Assembly (NCBI GenBank): GCA_002269645.1
Contig: NIVC01000222.1
Span: forward strand, 62,001-126,000
Direction: 5' to 3'
Length of the DNA: 64,000 nucleotides
Origin: Macrostomum lignano
Taxonomy: Eukaryota
The notes under the pieces were generated by a model. It saw only the letters and a program-made list of their open reading frames with translations. It searched no databases and was not told the DNA's origin. Below are positions 1 through 11,700 of this stretch, piece by piece. A program made the translations under genes and the position numbers. Positions within the stretch are counted from its first letter, which is position 1, and each line of letters opens with the position of its first letter.

Positions 1-1560
1 GGTACGCTACAAAGAAGAGCTTGAAGTAAGAGAGTGCGCATCCTTCCTCGAGACTTCGGTCATGGTCGGCTCCGTTCGAGCGAAACAGAAGTAGACGGCA
101 TGGGCTTCTGTGAGATGCTGCAGACATCGGACTCGACAATGCGCTACAAAGAAGAGCTAGAAGTGAGAGAATGCGCTTCGTTCCTTGAGACATCCTTCAT
201 GGTCGGCTCCGTTCGAGCGAAACAGGATGTGGAGGACATGGGCGTCTGTGAGATGCTGCAGACATCAGTCGGGTCGGTACGCTACAAAGAAGAGCTTGAA
301 GTAAGAGAGTGCGCATCCTTCCTCGAGACTTCGGTCATGGTCGGCTCCGTTCGAGCGAAACAGGATGTGGAGGACATGGGCGTCTGTGAGATGCTGCAGA
401 CATCAGTCGGGTCGGTACGCTACAAGGAAGAGCTTGAAGTAAGAGAGTGCGCATCCTTCCTCGAGACTTCGGTCATGGTCGGCTCCGTTCGAGCGAAACA
501 GGATGTGGAGGACATGGGCGTCTGTGAGATGCTGCAGACATCGGACTCGACAATGCGCTACAAAGAAGAGCTAGAAGTGAGAGAATGCGCTTCGTTCCTT
601 GAGACATCCTTCATGGTCGGCTCCGTTCGAGCGAAACAGGATGTGGAGGACATGGGCGTCTGTGAGATGCTGCAGACATCGGACTCGACAATGCGCTACA
701 AAGAAGAGCTAGAAGTGAGAGAATGCGCTTCGTTCCTTGAGACATCCTTCATGGTCGGCTCCGTTCGAGCGAAACAGGATGTGGAGGACATGGGCGTCTG
801 TGAGATGCTGCAGACATCAGTCGGGTCGGTACGCTACAAAGAAGAGCTTGGAGTAAGAGAGTGCGCATCCTTCCTCGAGACTTCGGTCATGGTCGGCTCC
901 GTTCGAGCGAAACAAGAAGTAGACGGCATGGGCTTCTGTGAGATGCTGCAGACATCGGACTCGACAATGCGCTACAAAGAAGAGCTAGAAGTGAGAGAAT
1001 GCGCTTCGTTCCTTGAGACATCCTTCATGGTCGGCTCCGTTCGAGCGAAACAGGATGTGGAGGGCATGGGCGTCTGTGAGATGCTGCAGACATCAGTCGG
1101 GTCGGTACGCTACAAGGAAGAGCTTGAAGTAAGAGAGTGCGCATCCTTCCTCGAGACTTCGGTCATGGTCGGCTCCGTTCGAGCGAAACAGGATGTGGAG
1201 GACATGGGCGTCTATGAGATGCTGCAGACATCGGACTCGACAATGCGCTACAAAGAAGAGCTAGAAGTGAGAGAATGCGCTTCGTTCCTTGAGACATCCT
1301 TCATGGTCGGCTCCGTTCGAGCGAAACAGGATGTGGAGGACATGGGCGTCTGTGAGATGCTGCAGACATCAGTCGGGTCGGTACGCTACAAGGAAGAGCT
1401 TGAAGTGAGAGAATGCGCTTCGTTCCTTGAGACATCCTTCATGGTCGGCTCCGTTCGAGCGAAACAGGATGTGGAGGACATGGGCGTCTGTGAGAAGCTG
1501 CTTACATCAGACGGGTCGGTACGCTACAAGGACGAGCCGAAACTGGAAGCATGCGCCAGC
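1..1560 (+). repeat. Coding tandem repeat, 138 bp / 46 aa (MG[VF]CEMLQTS..RYKEELEVRECASFLETS[VF]MVGSVRAKQ), ~11 units with the last degenerate
   Basis: Direct reading. A-type and B-type half-units are shuffled rather than strictly alternating. Confidence 0.95.
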
Positions 1561-3279
1561 TCGCTCGAGTTCTCTTTCGAGCATGGCTCGGCTCGAGCAG
1601 AAGTTAAAGCTAAGAATTCTTCGGTGTGTGTCGATATGTCGAAGAAAGTGGTTATGATTGGAAATGGAATTAAGGCTTGTTACATACCAAAAGTTGTGTC
1701 ATTTGAAGGTTCGCTTTGTTTTGAATCGGTTGAAGGCTCGTGTGTTTTTGGAAGGAAATACGTGGAATCTTTTGTTAAGGCTCTTCCTGAGCTGCGTGCC
1801 ACGGGTTGTCACAAAGAATCCTTTACCTCCGACGCTGGTATTCGCTGTTGTAATAGCAACAAATTTGGATTTTGCGAAGCGGCTTTAGAGGTCCCTGTTC
1901 GGGATAGTTATGTTTCTGTCCGAGCTATCACTGAAGAAGCCATTGTTAAGGCTAACTATAGAGTGCTCTCAAAGAACAGCGGATCGTTTTGGTTGTTCAA
2001 AACCGGAAGTGCTAGCGTAAAAAAGCAGGATCAGGTTTTGATAAGATCTTCTGGAAGCCACTGGGAGAGTTTTGCTGCTAAGGAAATTTGCAGCACCCAT
2101 GCCTGCATCGAGGAGTCCAAGGAGTTTCGTGCCGCCATACTGAAATTCGACGCCTCAATTGTCCCAAATGAGTCGGCTTCGTTCGTTTCGAGTAGCGGCT
2201 GTTGCTACGAGGTGCAGTTAAACAGTATTTTAGTGTCAGTTAAGCCGGAGACTGTGTCAGCGCCGCACGCCCGTCTAGAAGCCAGCGTAACAAGACGCGA
2301 ACGAAGCGCATTGGGATCGACTGACTCCGTCAGCAGTGCTCGGACCCAGCTGGGTGTAACAAGGCGCGAAGGAACTGAATTGGAATCGACCGACTCCGTC
2401 AGCAGTGCCCGGGCACAGCTGGGTGTAACAAGGCATGAACGAACGGCATTGGGACCGACTGATTCCGCCAGCAGTGCTCGCACCCAGCTGGATGTAACAA
2501 GGCGCGAAGGAACTGCATTGGAATCGACTGACTCCGTCAGCAGTGCCCGGGCACAGCTGGGTGTAACAAGGCGCGAAGGAACCGCATTGGGATCGACTGA
2601 CTCCGTCAGCAGTGCCCGGGCACAGCTGGGTGTAACAAGGCGTGAAGGAACTTCATTGGAATCGACCGACTCCGTCAGCAGTGCCCGGGCCCAGCTGGGT
2701 GTAACAAGGCGTGAAGGAACTGCATTGGAATCGACCGACTCCGTCAGCAGTGCCCGGGCCCAGCTGGGTGTAACAAGGCATGAACGAACGGCATTGGGAC
2801 CGACTGATTCCGTCAGCAGTGCTCGCACCCAGCTAGGTGTAACAAGGCGCGAAGGAACCGCATTGGGATCGACCGACTCCGTCAGCAGTGCCCGGGCACA
2901 GCTGGGTGTAACAAGGCGCGAAGGAACCGCATTGGGATCGACTGACTCCGTCAGCAGTGCCCGGGCACAGCTGGGTGTAACAAGGCGTGAAGGAACTTCA
3001 TTGGAATCGACCGACTCCGTCAGCAGTGCTCGGACCCAGCTGGGTGTAACAAGGCGCGAAGGAACTGCATTGGAATCAACCGACTCCGTCAGCAGTGCCC
3101 GGGCCCAGCTGGGTGTAACAAGACGCGAAAGAACCGCATTGGGATCGACTGACTCCGGCAGCAGTGCTCGGACCCAGCTGGGTGTGCCAATTACTGCCAG
3201 GTTGACCTGGAGCCGGACTCCGCGTGGTTCACAGCTGGATTTGCGCAGCGACGATGGTGTTTTCGAAGGATTTGACTAA
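1..3279 (+). CDS. 3' end of an upstream giant repeat-protein gene (tandem relative of the 8378-38571 gene): 46-aa repeats, ~260-aa unique Cys/Ser-rich region, 13 x 23-aa repeats, stop
   Basis: Open frame to TAA at 3277-3279. The repeat frame also continues upstream of a 1-bp deletion near 88, so the ORF-track start (MRILPRDF) is artefactual. Repeat units match those at 27573-38110. Confidence 0.75.
2287..3183 (+). repeat. Coding tandem repeat, 69 bp / 23 aa (VTRREGTALGSTDSVSSARAQLG) x13
   Basis: Unit starts at 2287 and 2356 (period 69); 13 units counted in the translation. Confidence 0.95.
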
Positions 3280-3456
3280 TTCGATATGATCAATCATTTG
3301 CGAACATTGTATTATATTTTTGTAGCTTTATTCAGCACTTGGATCGAATATCTGGTAACCCGATAATCTTGAACGCTTATCTGTCTGCACTAATATTTCT
3401 TTTCTGCCGCAGTGCTGCTAGAGATGAAACAGTTAGGTTAAAATTGATTATTTTAA

Positions 3457-3661
3457 GCCCTGACAAGTGACAAGCCCTGACAAGTGACAAGCCCTGACAA
3501 GTGACAAGCCCTGACAAGTGACCAGTCCTGACAAGTGACCAGTCCTGACAAGTGACAAGCCCTGACAAGTGACAAGCCCTGACAAGTGACAAGCCCTGAC
3601 AAGTGACAAGCCCTGACAAGTGACAAGCCCTGACAAGTGACAAGCCCTGACAAGTGACAAG
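3457..3661. repeat. 17-bp minisatellite (GCCCTGACAAGTGACAA) x12
   Basis: Period 17 (3457, 3474...). It lies downstream of the stop at 3279 and just before AATAAA at ~3699. Confidence 0.95.
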
Positions 3662-4223
3662 CTTTTCCGAAAAAGTTAAATGACGAAATCGTTGATTGAA
3701 TAAAGCAATCCCGAAAGTAAAACAAAATTGATAAAAACTGTAGAATCTATGAAACAGGGCCTGCGACAATATCAATAACCAACGAAGAAGTAAACAGAAT
3801 TGTATTATTAGCAGCTATACTGCTTTTTATTTTGAATATTGACTAAATTAAATTTTTGGCTACCTGAGCAAAAGTTTTTAATAACTTGCTAATCTATAGA
3901 GTGATTTTGATTATAAATGATTAAGTCTAACATTCGCCCTCGTGTGCCCCGATCTTTTTCACCCTCTACTTATAACAAAAACTTATTCGTGCTTTTTCTA
4001 ATAACATATTTCTCTCTTCAGCTTTTTCGTATTTAGTTACTTGATAGCAAAATTATCAAAGTTATGCCGTTGGCGCCAGAATCTAGAATGCCAGCTTACC
4101 CTGTATGACTTCATTTTTAGTAAATATAAGGCCCCATTGAGCCAATTAACCGACGTGAAGTTCTTAACTTAAAAATTTTTGGAATTTTACTCTTTTTAAC
4201 TCATATCCCTTTGCTCCCTTAGC

Positions 4224-4692
4224 ATTGAATCTGCCTCTTTGATCCTTGAATGTGCCTCCAGTATCCTTGAATCTGCTTCCAGTATCCTTGAATCTGCCTC
4301 CAGTATCCTTGAATCTGCCTCCAGTATCCTTGAATCTGCTTCCAGTATCCTTGAATCTGCCTCCAGTATCCTTGCATCTGCCTTCAGTATCCTTGAATCT
4401 GCTTCCAGTATCCTTGAATCTGCCTCCAGTATCCTTGCATCTGCCTTCAGTATCCTTGAATCTGCTTCCAGTATCCTTGAATCTGCCTCCAGTATCCTTG
4501 CATCTGCCTTCAGTATCCTTGAATCTGCTTCCAGTATCCTTGAATCTGCCTCCAGTATCCTTGCATCTGCCTTCAGTATCCTTGAATCTGCTTCCAGTAT
4601 CCTTGAATCTGCCTCCAGTATCCTTGCATCTGCCTTCAGTATCCTTGAATCTGCCTCCAGTATCCTTGAATCTGTCTCTAGTGTCCTTGAAT
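4224..4692. repeat. 21-bp minisatellite (CAGTATCCTTGAATCTGCCTC), ~22 copies with a 63-bp trimeric higher-order pattern
   Basis: Direct reading; the minus frame gives (ILEADSR-ILEADSR-ILKADAR)n. Confidence 0.95.
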
Positions 4693-5262
4693 CCAGGGCA
4701 AAGGCTTCTGCTGGGAGACCTCGCATAACCCGTTCCAACTCGTTACTGACTGAGTTGTCAGCAAGCTGGATGACCGATAACTCTTGTTTTGCTTTACCAA
4801 AGAGCCAGAAGTATCCGGGAGCCAAATCTGGCAAGTACAGCGGATGAGGAAGTACATGGATCAAGTATCTCTCCAGAAAATTCCTCACGCTTTCTGTTGA
4901 ACGGACCTAATCATCGACGGACATTATCCCAATGGAAAACCGTTGCTGCTTGGCCAGGTCAAGATCTTTGTGGACAATCAAGTGGACAGGTCGTACAGAG
5001 AGGCTGAATTCGGCTGCCAATTCCTCAATTTTCACACGACGGCTCGAATCCACTGCTGTCTGAACAGGAGTGATTGTCTGACCGAGCGTTTGGTCTTCTT
5101 CGGGTTGAACTTCCGCTGGCCTTTGGTGCCAACTCCCTCTTTCACCTGTCAAATTAGGTGGCAGTTGCTCGTCTGGGTGGGCTTTGGACAGGGCCTCCTT
5201 TATTTCCTTCATTGCATAACCTGTTTTGGCCATGTCACACACAAATGCATCAGCGCTATTCA
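4693..5262 (-). mobile_element. Internally deleted, decayed mariner (Tc1/mariner) transposase remnant
   Basis: HTH-like segment SRRVKIEELAAEFSLSVRPVHLIVHKDLDLAK; second catalytic Asp region FHWDNVRR (~4930, different frame); HVLPHPLYLPDLAPGYFWLFGKAKQEL resembling mariner HPPYSPDLAPSDF. The WVPHEL/TGDE region is missing and no TIRs were identified. Confidence 0.8.
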
Positions 5263-5604
5263 TGGTCAAGCTGGACTGAGTTTGGCAAATCAAATCAAAT
5301 TGTTTTTAAGCTGAGGAGCTAAGGAGGTCGAAGGAGGTCATTGAATCGAGTTGTGATGAATCCTTGATAAAACTTGTCTATGGTGAAGAATGTGGGCTCC
5401 CATACCCCCAATATTTTCTATTCTAAAGCCTTCATGCCTATGGAAGATTTTCAGTTTTGTTGGTGCTTTGTAGGTAGGTCTAGAATACTGAAAAAATTGG
5501 CAATCACTAGGACCACTGCGAAAAAGCAAATGCTGCAGACTTTGTTCCCTTTTAAATATAGTCTGTACACTTTTATAAAAATGCTAAAAATTAAGACTCT
5601 ACGA

Positions 5605-5885
5605 GGCTGGGGTTGTAGTCTAGTGGTTGAACCGTCGGACTCACGACTGGAAGGTCGAGGGTTCGATTCCTGACCCACTCAGAACAATTTGTGTCCTTGA
5701 CATTGAGCAAAACACTCAACTCTGCATTGCTTCAGTTCACCCAGCTGTAAAACGGGTGCCAGCATTAGCTGGGGTAATTGAGGGTGTGTGTGGCGACCCC
5801 CCAGTCCTTGGACTGAACAGCCGTACGCAGCCTTCAGATGCGCCGCGCAATAGCTGCGGCTGATCAAATTGTATTATATTATAAA
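5605..5885 (+). mobile_element. tRNA-derived SINE with CORE-like central domain
   Basis: A-box TAGTCTAGTGG (5616) and B-box GGTTCGATTCC (5660). Then GTGTCCTTG..GCAAAACACTCAACTC..CACCCAGCTGTAAAACGGGTGCC, resembling the CORE-SINE domain, and an AT-rich tail. Confidence 0.75.
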
Positions 5886-6656
5886 AATCCTAAAAATACG
5901 CTGGTACCACAATGAAAAAAATGTTCTAACCGGAGCAATCCCGGCATTAAAGCCATGAAATTTCGGGATCCCGACTGATACCAAATCCCTAAAAATTTCA
6001 TTCCTTAAATAATCCCAAGATTGGAATGCCTAGGTATGGCACCCTTTGATTTCAGTTTTTCCAATGTTTCCCTTGTCTGGTTAACTGTTTACGGCTGTCT
6101 TAAAACCTCGCATCTTTAATCTGCTGCAGTGGCTGCAAACCAGAGTAAATAATGTCTGTCTACAGGAGCTAAAGTGAAGTGTAGAATTGCACTCATCAAC
6201 CTGCAAGCTTTAGGAGCTTTTGCTTGGATTTAAACCATGCAGCCAAATACCTTTGACCGAGTGGGCAGTGCTCACTCTTACCGTTGGTTTCTGCCGAAAT
6301 GCTCAAAGTTTTTTCTTCTGCAATTTTCTTTGCCTTTCTACGCCCGTCTTGCAGCAGCTCTGCTGCCCCGCTGCAACCCATAGGAGGGCGATTGTTGCCT
6401 CTTCTTCGTTTCGCCGGCCCTTCGATGCGAATTGAACAATAGCGTTTGCTTATAGGAGGTCTGAGGTCTGTCTGTCTCCATCTCACCTGATCCAGCAAGT
6501 TGCCCGCGGCATTTTTCTGAGAGCACGTTTCGCCGTGAAGTTTGTGCACCTCTATAGATGCAGACAGCTCTGGGCTTCAATAGCGTATTTACTCATAGGC
6601 AGACTCCGTGGACCAGTGAATACAATAGAGATTTAGAATTTTATGGTTCGTTTAAC

Positions 6657-6663
<7 letters not shown>

Positions 6664-6701
<38 letters not shown>
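6664..6701. repeat. (TC)n microsatellite, ~19 units
   Basis: Direct reading. Confidence 0.95.
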
Positions 6702-6703
<2 letters not shown>

Positions 6704-6894
6704 GAGGACAGACAGAATAAAATTGAGAAGCTGGTTCAGAGTCTGTCAAGCATAAAAGCAGCCTTACCAAGCCCCGAATACAAGGCAAGGCATTAACTTC
6801 AATACTAAAAACCCTGCTAACAGTTTCAAACCCTGCAAGCATTCAATTGCAAAACAGTTTCAAAAAGGTTCAATTTCTATTAATTTTTTGTGAG

Positions 6895-8364
6895 GTAAGT
6901 TTTCAAGTTATTCCTTACTGAAACAATTTGAAGTTTTGAATTCAGATTATTTACATGCTACACATTGTTCATTTGATTAGATTGTTAACTTTAATACTTT
7001 AATAATACATGTAGTCATTTATACAGTTTTGTAGAATGAACCCCCAGCGCATTGTCACATCCCCAGAATGGATCCCCCAGAGCATTGTCACATCCCCAGA
7101 ATAAACGCCCAGGGAATTGTCACATCACCAGAATAAACGCCCAGGGAATTGTCACATCCCCAGAATAAACGCCCAGGGAATTGTCACATCACCAGAATAA
7201 ACGCCCAGGGAATTGTCACATCCCCAGAATAAACGCCCAGGGAAATGTCACATCCCCAGAATGAACTCCCCAGCGCATTTTCACATCGCCAGAATGGATC
7301 CCCCAGAGCATTGTCGCATCCCCAGAATGGATCCCCCAGAGCATTGTCACATCGCCAGAATGGATCCCCCAGAGCATTGTCACATCGCCAGAATGGATCG
7401 CCCAGAGCATTGTCACATCGCCAGAATGAATCCCCCAGAGCATTGTCACATTCCCAGAATGGATCCCCCAGAGCATTGTCACATCCCCAGAATAAACGCC
7501 CAGGGCATTGTCACATCGCCAGAATGGATCGCCCAGAGCATTGTCACATCACCAGAATAAACGCCCAGGGCATTGTCACATCGCCAGAATGGATCGCCCA
7601 GAGCATTGTCACATCGCCAGAATGAATCCCCCAGAGCATTGTCACATCGCCAGAATGGATCCCCCAGAGCATTGTCACATCCCCAGAATGGATCCCCCAG
7701 AGCATTGTCACATCCCCAGAATGGATCCCCCAGAGCATTGTCACATTCCCAGAATGGATCCCCCAGAGCATTGTCACATCCCCAGAATGGATCCCCCAGA
7801 GCATTGTCACATTCCCAGAATGGATCCCCCAGAGCATTGTCACATCCCCAGAATGGATCCCCCAGAGCATTGTCCCATCCCCAGAATGGATCCCCCAGAG
7901 CATTGTCACATACCCAGAATGGATCCCCCAGAGCATTGTCACATCCCCAGAATAAACGCCCAGGGCATTGTCACACTCCAGAATGGATCCCCAGAGCATT
8001 GTCACATCACCAGAATAAACGCCCAGGGCATTGTCACACTCCAGAATGGATCCCCCAAAGCATTGTCACATCACCAGAATAAACGCCCATGGAATCGTCA
8101 CATCCCCAGAATAAACGCCCAGAGCATTGTCACATCCCCAGAATGAACCCCCAGGGCATTGTCACACTCCAGAATGAACCACAGTGCATGTCGAGCTCCA
8201 GAATGAACCCCCCAGCGCATTCCACGCCACAGAAAGAACACTTATCAAATAGTCCCAGAAGGCAGCCAACAAAGATAGACACGCGTGTTTATCTACCAAA
8301 AGCTGTCAATCTTGTATCTGAAACGTGAATCAAAAACGCCTCACCGCCTCCATCGCTTTTCCAG
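6895..8364 (+). other. Probable 5'-UTR intron of the plakin-like gene
   Basis: Strong donor GAG|GTAAGT at 6895 and acceptor CTTTTCCAG at 8364, 13 nt before the ATG at 8378. Confidence 0.5.
7034..8225. repeat. 32/33-bp minisatellite (CATTGTCACATCCCCAGAATGGATCCCCCAGAG and an AAACGCCCAGGG variant), ~36 copies
   Basis: Direct reading; it explains the HCHIPRMDPPE-type ORFs. Confidence 0.95.
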
Positions 8365-8377
8365 CCATTGTCAAACG

Positions 8378-8749
8378 ATGGCTTCGCTGGAGACGCCAGA
8401 CAACCCCGATGTAATCGAGGCGGCGCAAGCCTGGCTGACGGCCAACGCTGACGTGATCGCCTCGCCGCGACTGGGCTGCAGCCAGCAAGCCCTGCTGCAC
8501 CAGAGCCGAACGCAGGAGTCGCTCCTTGCCAAGATTGCCAGCCTAGAAGAGCAGCTGGCGATCGCTTCATCGTCCGAAGCGCAGAAGCTGCAGCAGGCTC
8601 GCGGCCAAGTGTCAATCAACAAGGACGCTATCGCCTACCTGAGACAGATCTCCAGCCTTGAAAGCAACCTAGCCGAGTGCTGCCGCCAAGTGGAAGGCCA
8701 GGCCATCGCTCTGTCCCAGCGTGACAACACGGAACTATTGGAGAAAAAG
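8378..8749 (+). CDS. Exon 1: helical / spectrin-like N-terminus (MASLETPDNP...ELLEKK)
   Basis: ATG at 8378, amphipathic helical sequence, donor AAG|GTGCGA in phase 0. Confidence 0.7.
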
Positions 8750-11700
8750 GTGCGAAATACTTAAATAGTGCTTCGTTCAAAATCCACTCACAAGCTTGAC
8801 AAGTTTCGAAAAGTACGAGGCATTATTGTAAAGTTACAAAGCTCAAAGCGCAGAAAGAATACACTTGAGAGATGCGAAAATTCAAATTTCGCCATTAAAA
8901 TTTGCTTTATTGCCGCGGTGGTAGCATTTCATAAAAAATGGCTTGTTGAACTTGCAAAAAAGCCTGAGCAAAGCACAGAACTACAAGTAGTGATGACTAG
9001 AAAGTCAGGGTCGCATTGAATATATCGATTTTTAGGACAAAAACCATGCAATAGCTTACATAAGATAACTCCGGTGCTCAGGTGTATGATAAATCATTAA
9101 TTTTCTTTAACTATTCCATAAAACGTCACTTCCCAGACTTTCTTTTTACTATATAAGAGCTATCAATCCTGCAAAGCGTTTGCTTAAACCCAAAACTTCA
9201 GCAACTCAGCAACGAGGTGTCGCAGACCTGGGAATGGGTGACTCGGCTCGGCGAGCTGACCCAGCTGCACCTGAAGAATTCGGCAGATTATCAATGGTTC
9301 TATCACGAAGCCAACGAGCTTGAAGAGGTGATCAACTCGCGAAATCTGGCTAACGCTCAAGTCGTTGGTTCGATTCCGCCAACAGGACAGCTGAGCTCTA
9401 TGCAGCGGATGAACACGGTCTTGAGTGTGAGTTTCTTCTGTGATTGCGGAAAAATGCAGGGGATAAATGGGATTAAATTGGATTTCGTGTCAAAGGGTCG
9501 GCAGGCAAATACAGTGGAGGAACGCAGAGGAAGACCAACGGGCCGCTGTCCCTCCATAACTAACTTTTGCCATCTGTTGGATGTGGCATACGAGCTGCAC
9601 TGGCCCAGAAGACAGTGGCAGGGGCGCCCACGAAGACACTGTATATCGCGGCGCCCTTTAGGGGTTGCGGCCTCCTCCAATGCTCATGGTCCAGCGAAAA
9701 AAGACAAGAAATACTCACAGAAGGGTTGTGAGTACGAAATCCTCTCACAACCAGAGTTGAGGCACGCCCTCGTGCACACGGGCTCACAAAGGGTGTACGT
9801 GTACAAGCAGCCCTTTGACTTTCTTACCTTCAGGCATGTACAACACCCTCTGTGCTTTGGGGGTTGGCCCTGATGGGTGAGAATCCAATAAATAACTTTA
9901 CCATCCACAGTCTTCATAATTATACGTCGGAAACCTTTTTACCTCCACTTGCAATGATGACTTGTAATAGGTGTACTGGTATCAAGGCGTGAAACCTAAA
10001 AAATATTTCTCTTTTCTTCAGGACAACTACTCACAGCTGCTGCTGCTGTCACAGCGCACCGACCAGCTGATGTCGAAGAGTCACAGCGTGGTGCCGCTGT
10101 ACCGCCGCTGCCAGCCAGTGGATGTTGGCTACCCGGCCAGAAATATTTTCCGTTTCGACGATGGAGAGGTTTGCTTGCTTATGCGTATCTGGGGTCTGCA
10201 GTGTGGGGTCTGCAGTGTGGGGTCTGCAGTGTGGGTCTGCAGTGTGGGGTCTGCAATGTTGGGTCTGCAGTGTGACGTCTGCAGTGGGGGGGGGTCTGCA
10301 GTGTGGGTCTGCAGTGTGGGGTCTGCAGTGTGGGGTCTGCAATCTTGGGTCTGCAGTGTGACGTCTGCAGTGTTGGGTCTGCAATGTGGGTCTGCAGTGT
10401 GGGTCTGCAGTGTGGGGTCTGCAATCTTGGGTCTGCAGTGTGACGTCTGCAGTGTGAGGTCTGCAGTTGGGGTCTGCAGTTGAGGTCTGCAATGTGGGGT
10501 CTGCAGTGTGGGGTCTGCAATCTTGGGTCTGCAGTGTGACGTCTGCAGTGTGAGGTCTGCAGTGTGGGGTCTGCAATGTGGGTCTGCAGTGTGGGGTCTG
10601 CAATCTTGGGTCTGCAGTGTGACGTCTGCAGTGTGAGGTCTGCAGTTGGGGTCTGCAGTTGAGGTCTGCAATGTGGGGTCTGCAGTGTGGGGTCTGCAAT
10701 CTTGGGTCTGCAGTGTGACGTCTGCAGTGTGGGGTCTGCAATGTGGGTCTGCAGTGTGGGGTCTGCAATCTTGGGTCTGCAGTGTGACGTCTGCAGTGTG
10801 AGGTCTGCAGTGTGGGGTCTGCAATGTGGATCTGCAGTGGGATATGCATGTTCCGATGTTCACTCACTATGCATCCTATGCTCACTGATGCATCCTATGC
10901 TCACTATGCATCCTATGCTCACTATGCATTCTATGCTCACTATGCATCCTATGCTCACTATGCATCCTATGCTCACTGATGCATCCTATGCTCACTATGC
11001 ATTCTATTCTCTCCCACCAGAACACTCTGAACAACTCCGAGGAGGTGACAGTACTGGACAACTCAAACTCATTCAACTGGAAGGTGGCCAAGGCCGATGG
11101 AACAGTGATGGAGGTGCCCAGCATCTGCATCTGGCTCCCGCCGCCAGACACTGAGGCTGTTGAAGTGGCTGTCGTGTGAGTCAGCCTAATTTCCCCACCG
11201 ATTTCCCCAAAAATTTTGCATTCTCACCAACGAATGGTCAACTTCGTATAACTTTAATGTATAACCAAGTAGACTTTGACAGAAAGGATGCAATGAAAGG
11301 AGTCAATCGAAGAAAAACATGCCGTAACTTTAGGGACGCTAAATTGCTTAGGACATGTGTCCCCAAGACGTTGTCCACTTCTGGATGGTGCGGTAGCTGA
11401 CTTTGCGGCCAAGGTCCCACTATCTTGACAACGGGCCCGGGTTGTTTGAAGGTACACGCCAGAGGCGCGGTCGCCACCAGTAACCTGTGCAGGAGTACAC
11501 CCGGTGAAAACTCCCACAAACGAGACGGAACTCCCGGTCTGTATAACAGACGAAGGTTCTTGACGCAACTGTACTAGAGATGGCCGATTGAGGGACTCCA
11601 TGCGAGTAATACAAGGACAGTCTAGTCCGTGCTGGAAATGAGGACTTTTGCATAGGGGGATCTTCTAGCTGGTAAGCGATAATTCTAGACCAAAATTCCC

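Noticed and set aside
5605-5680. Functional tRNA gene
   Set aside because: A and B boxes are present, but the anticodon stem pairs poorly and the sequence continues into a SINE body.
6196-6842. Short ORFs upstream of the plakin-like gene
   Set aside because: No recognisable motifs, overlapping on both strands, and partly microsatellite-derived; more likely promoter or 5'-UTR sequence.
7213-8146. Long ORFs in minisatellites (HCHIPRMDPPE, ALAPG, VLKPL, LGDACY, LLGQPP, CSQTDW and similar, throughout the window)
   Set aside because: They arise from stop-free repeat units, are open in several frames on both strands, and lie inside introns defined by flanking conserved exons.
9427-9873. Coding extension of ORF 9217-9873, and the ORF-track starts at 8285, 9971, 17076, 56930 and 58304
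   Set aside because: Similarity stops at canonical splice sites; the extensions are intronic read-through, and many of the starts are GTG/TTG codons that are not relevant to a eukaryote.
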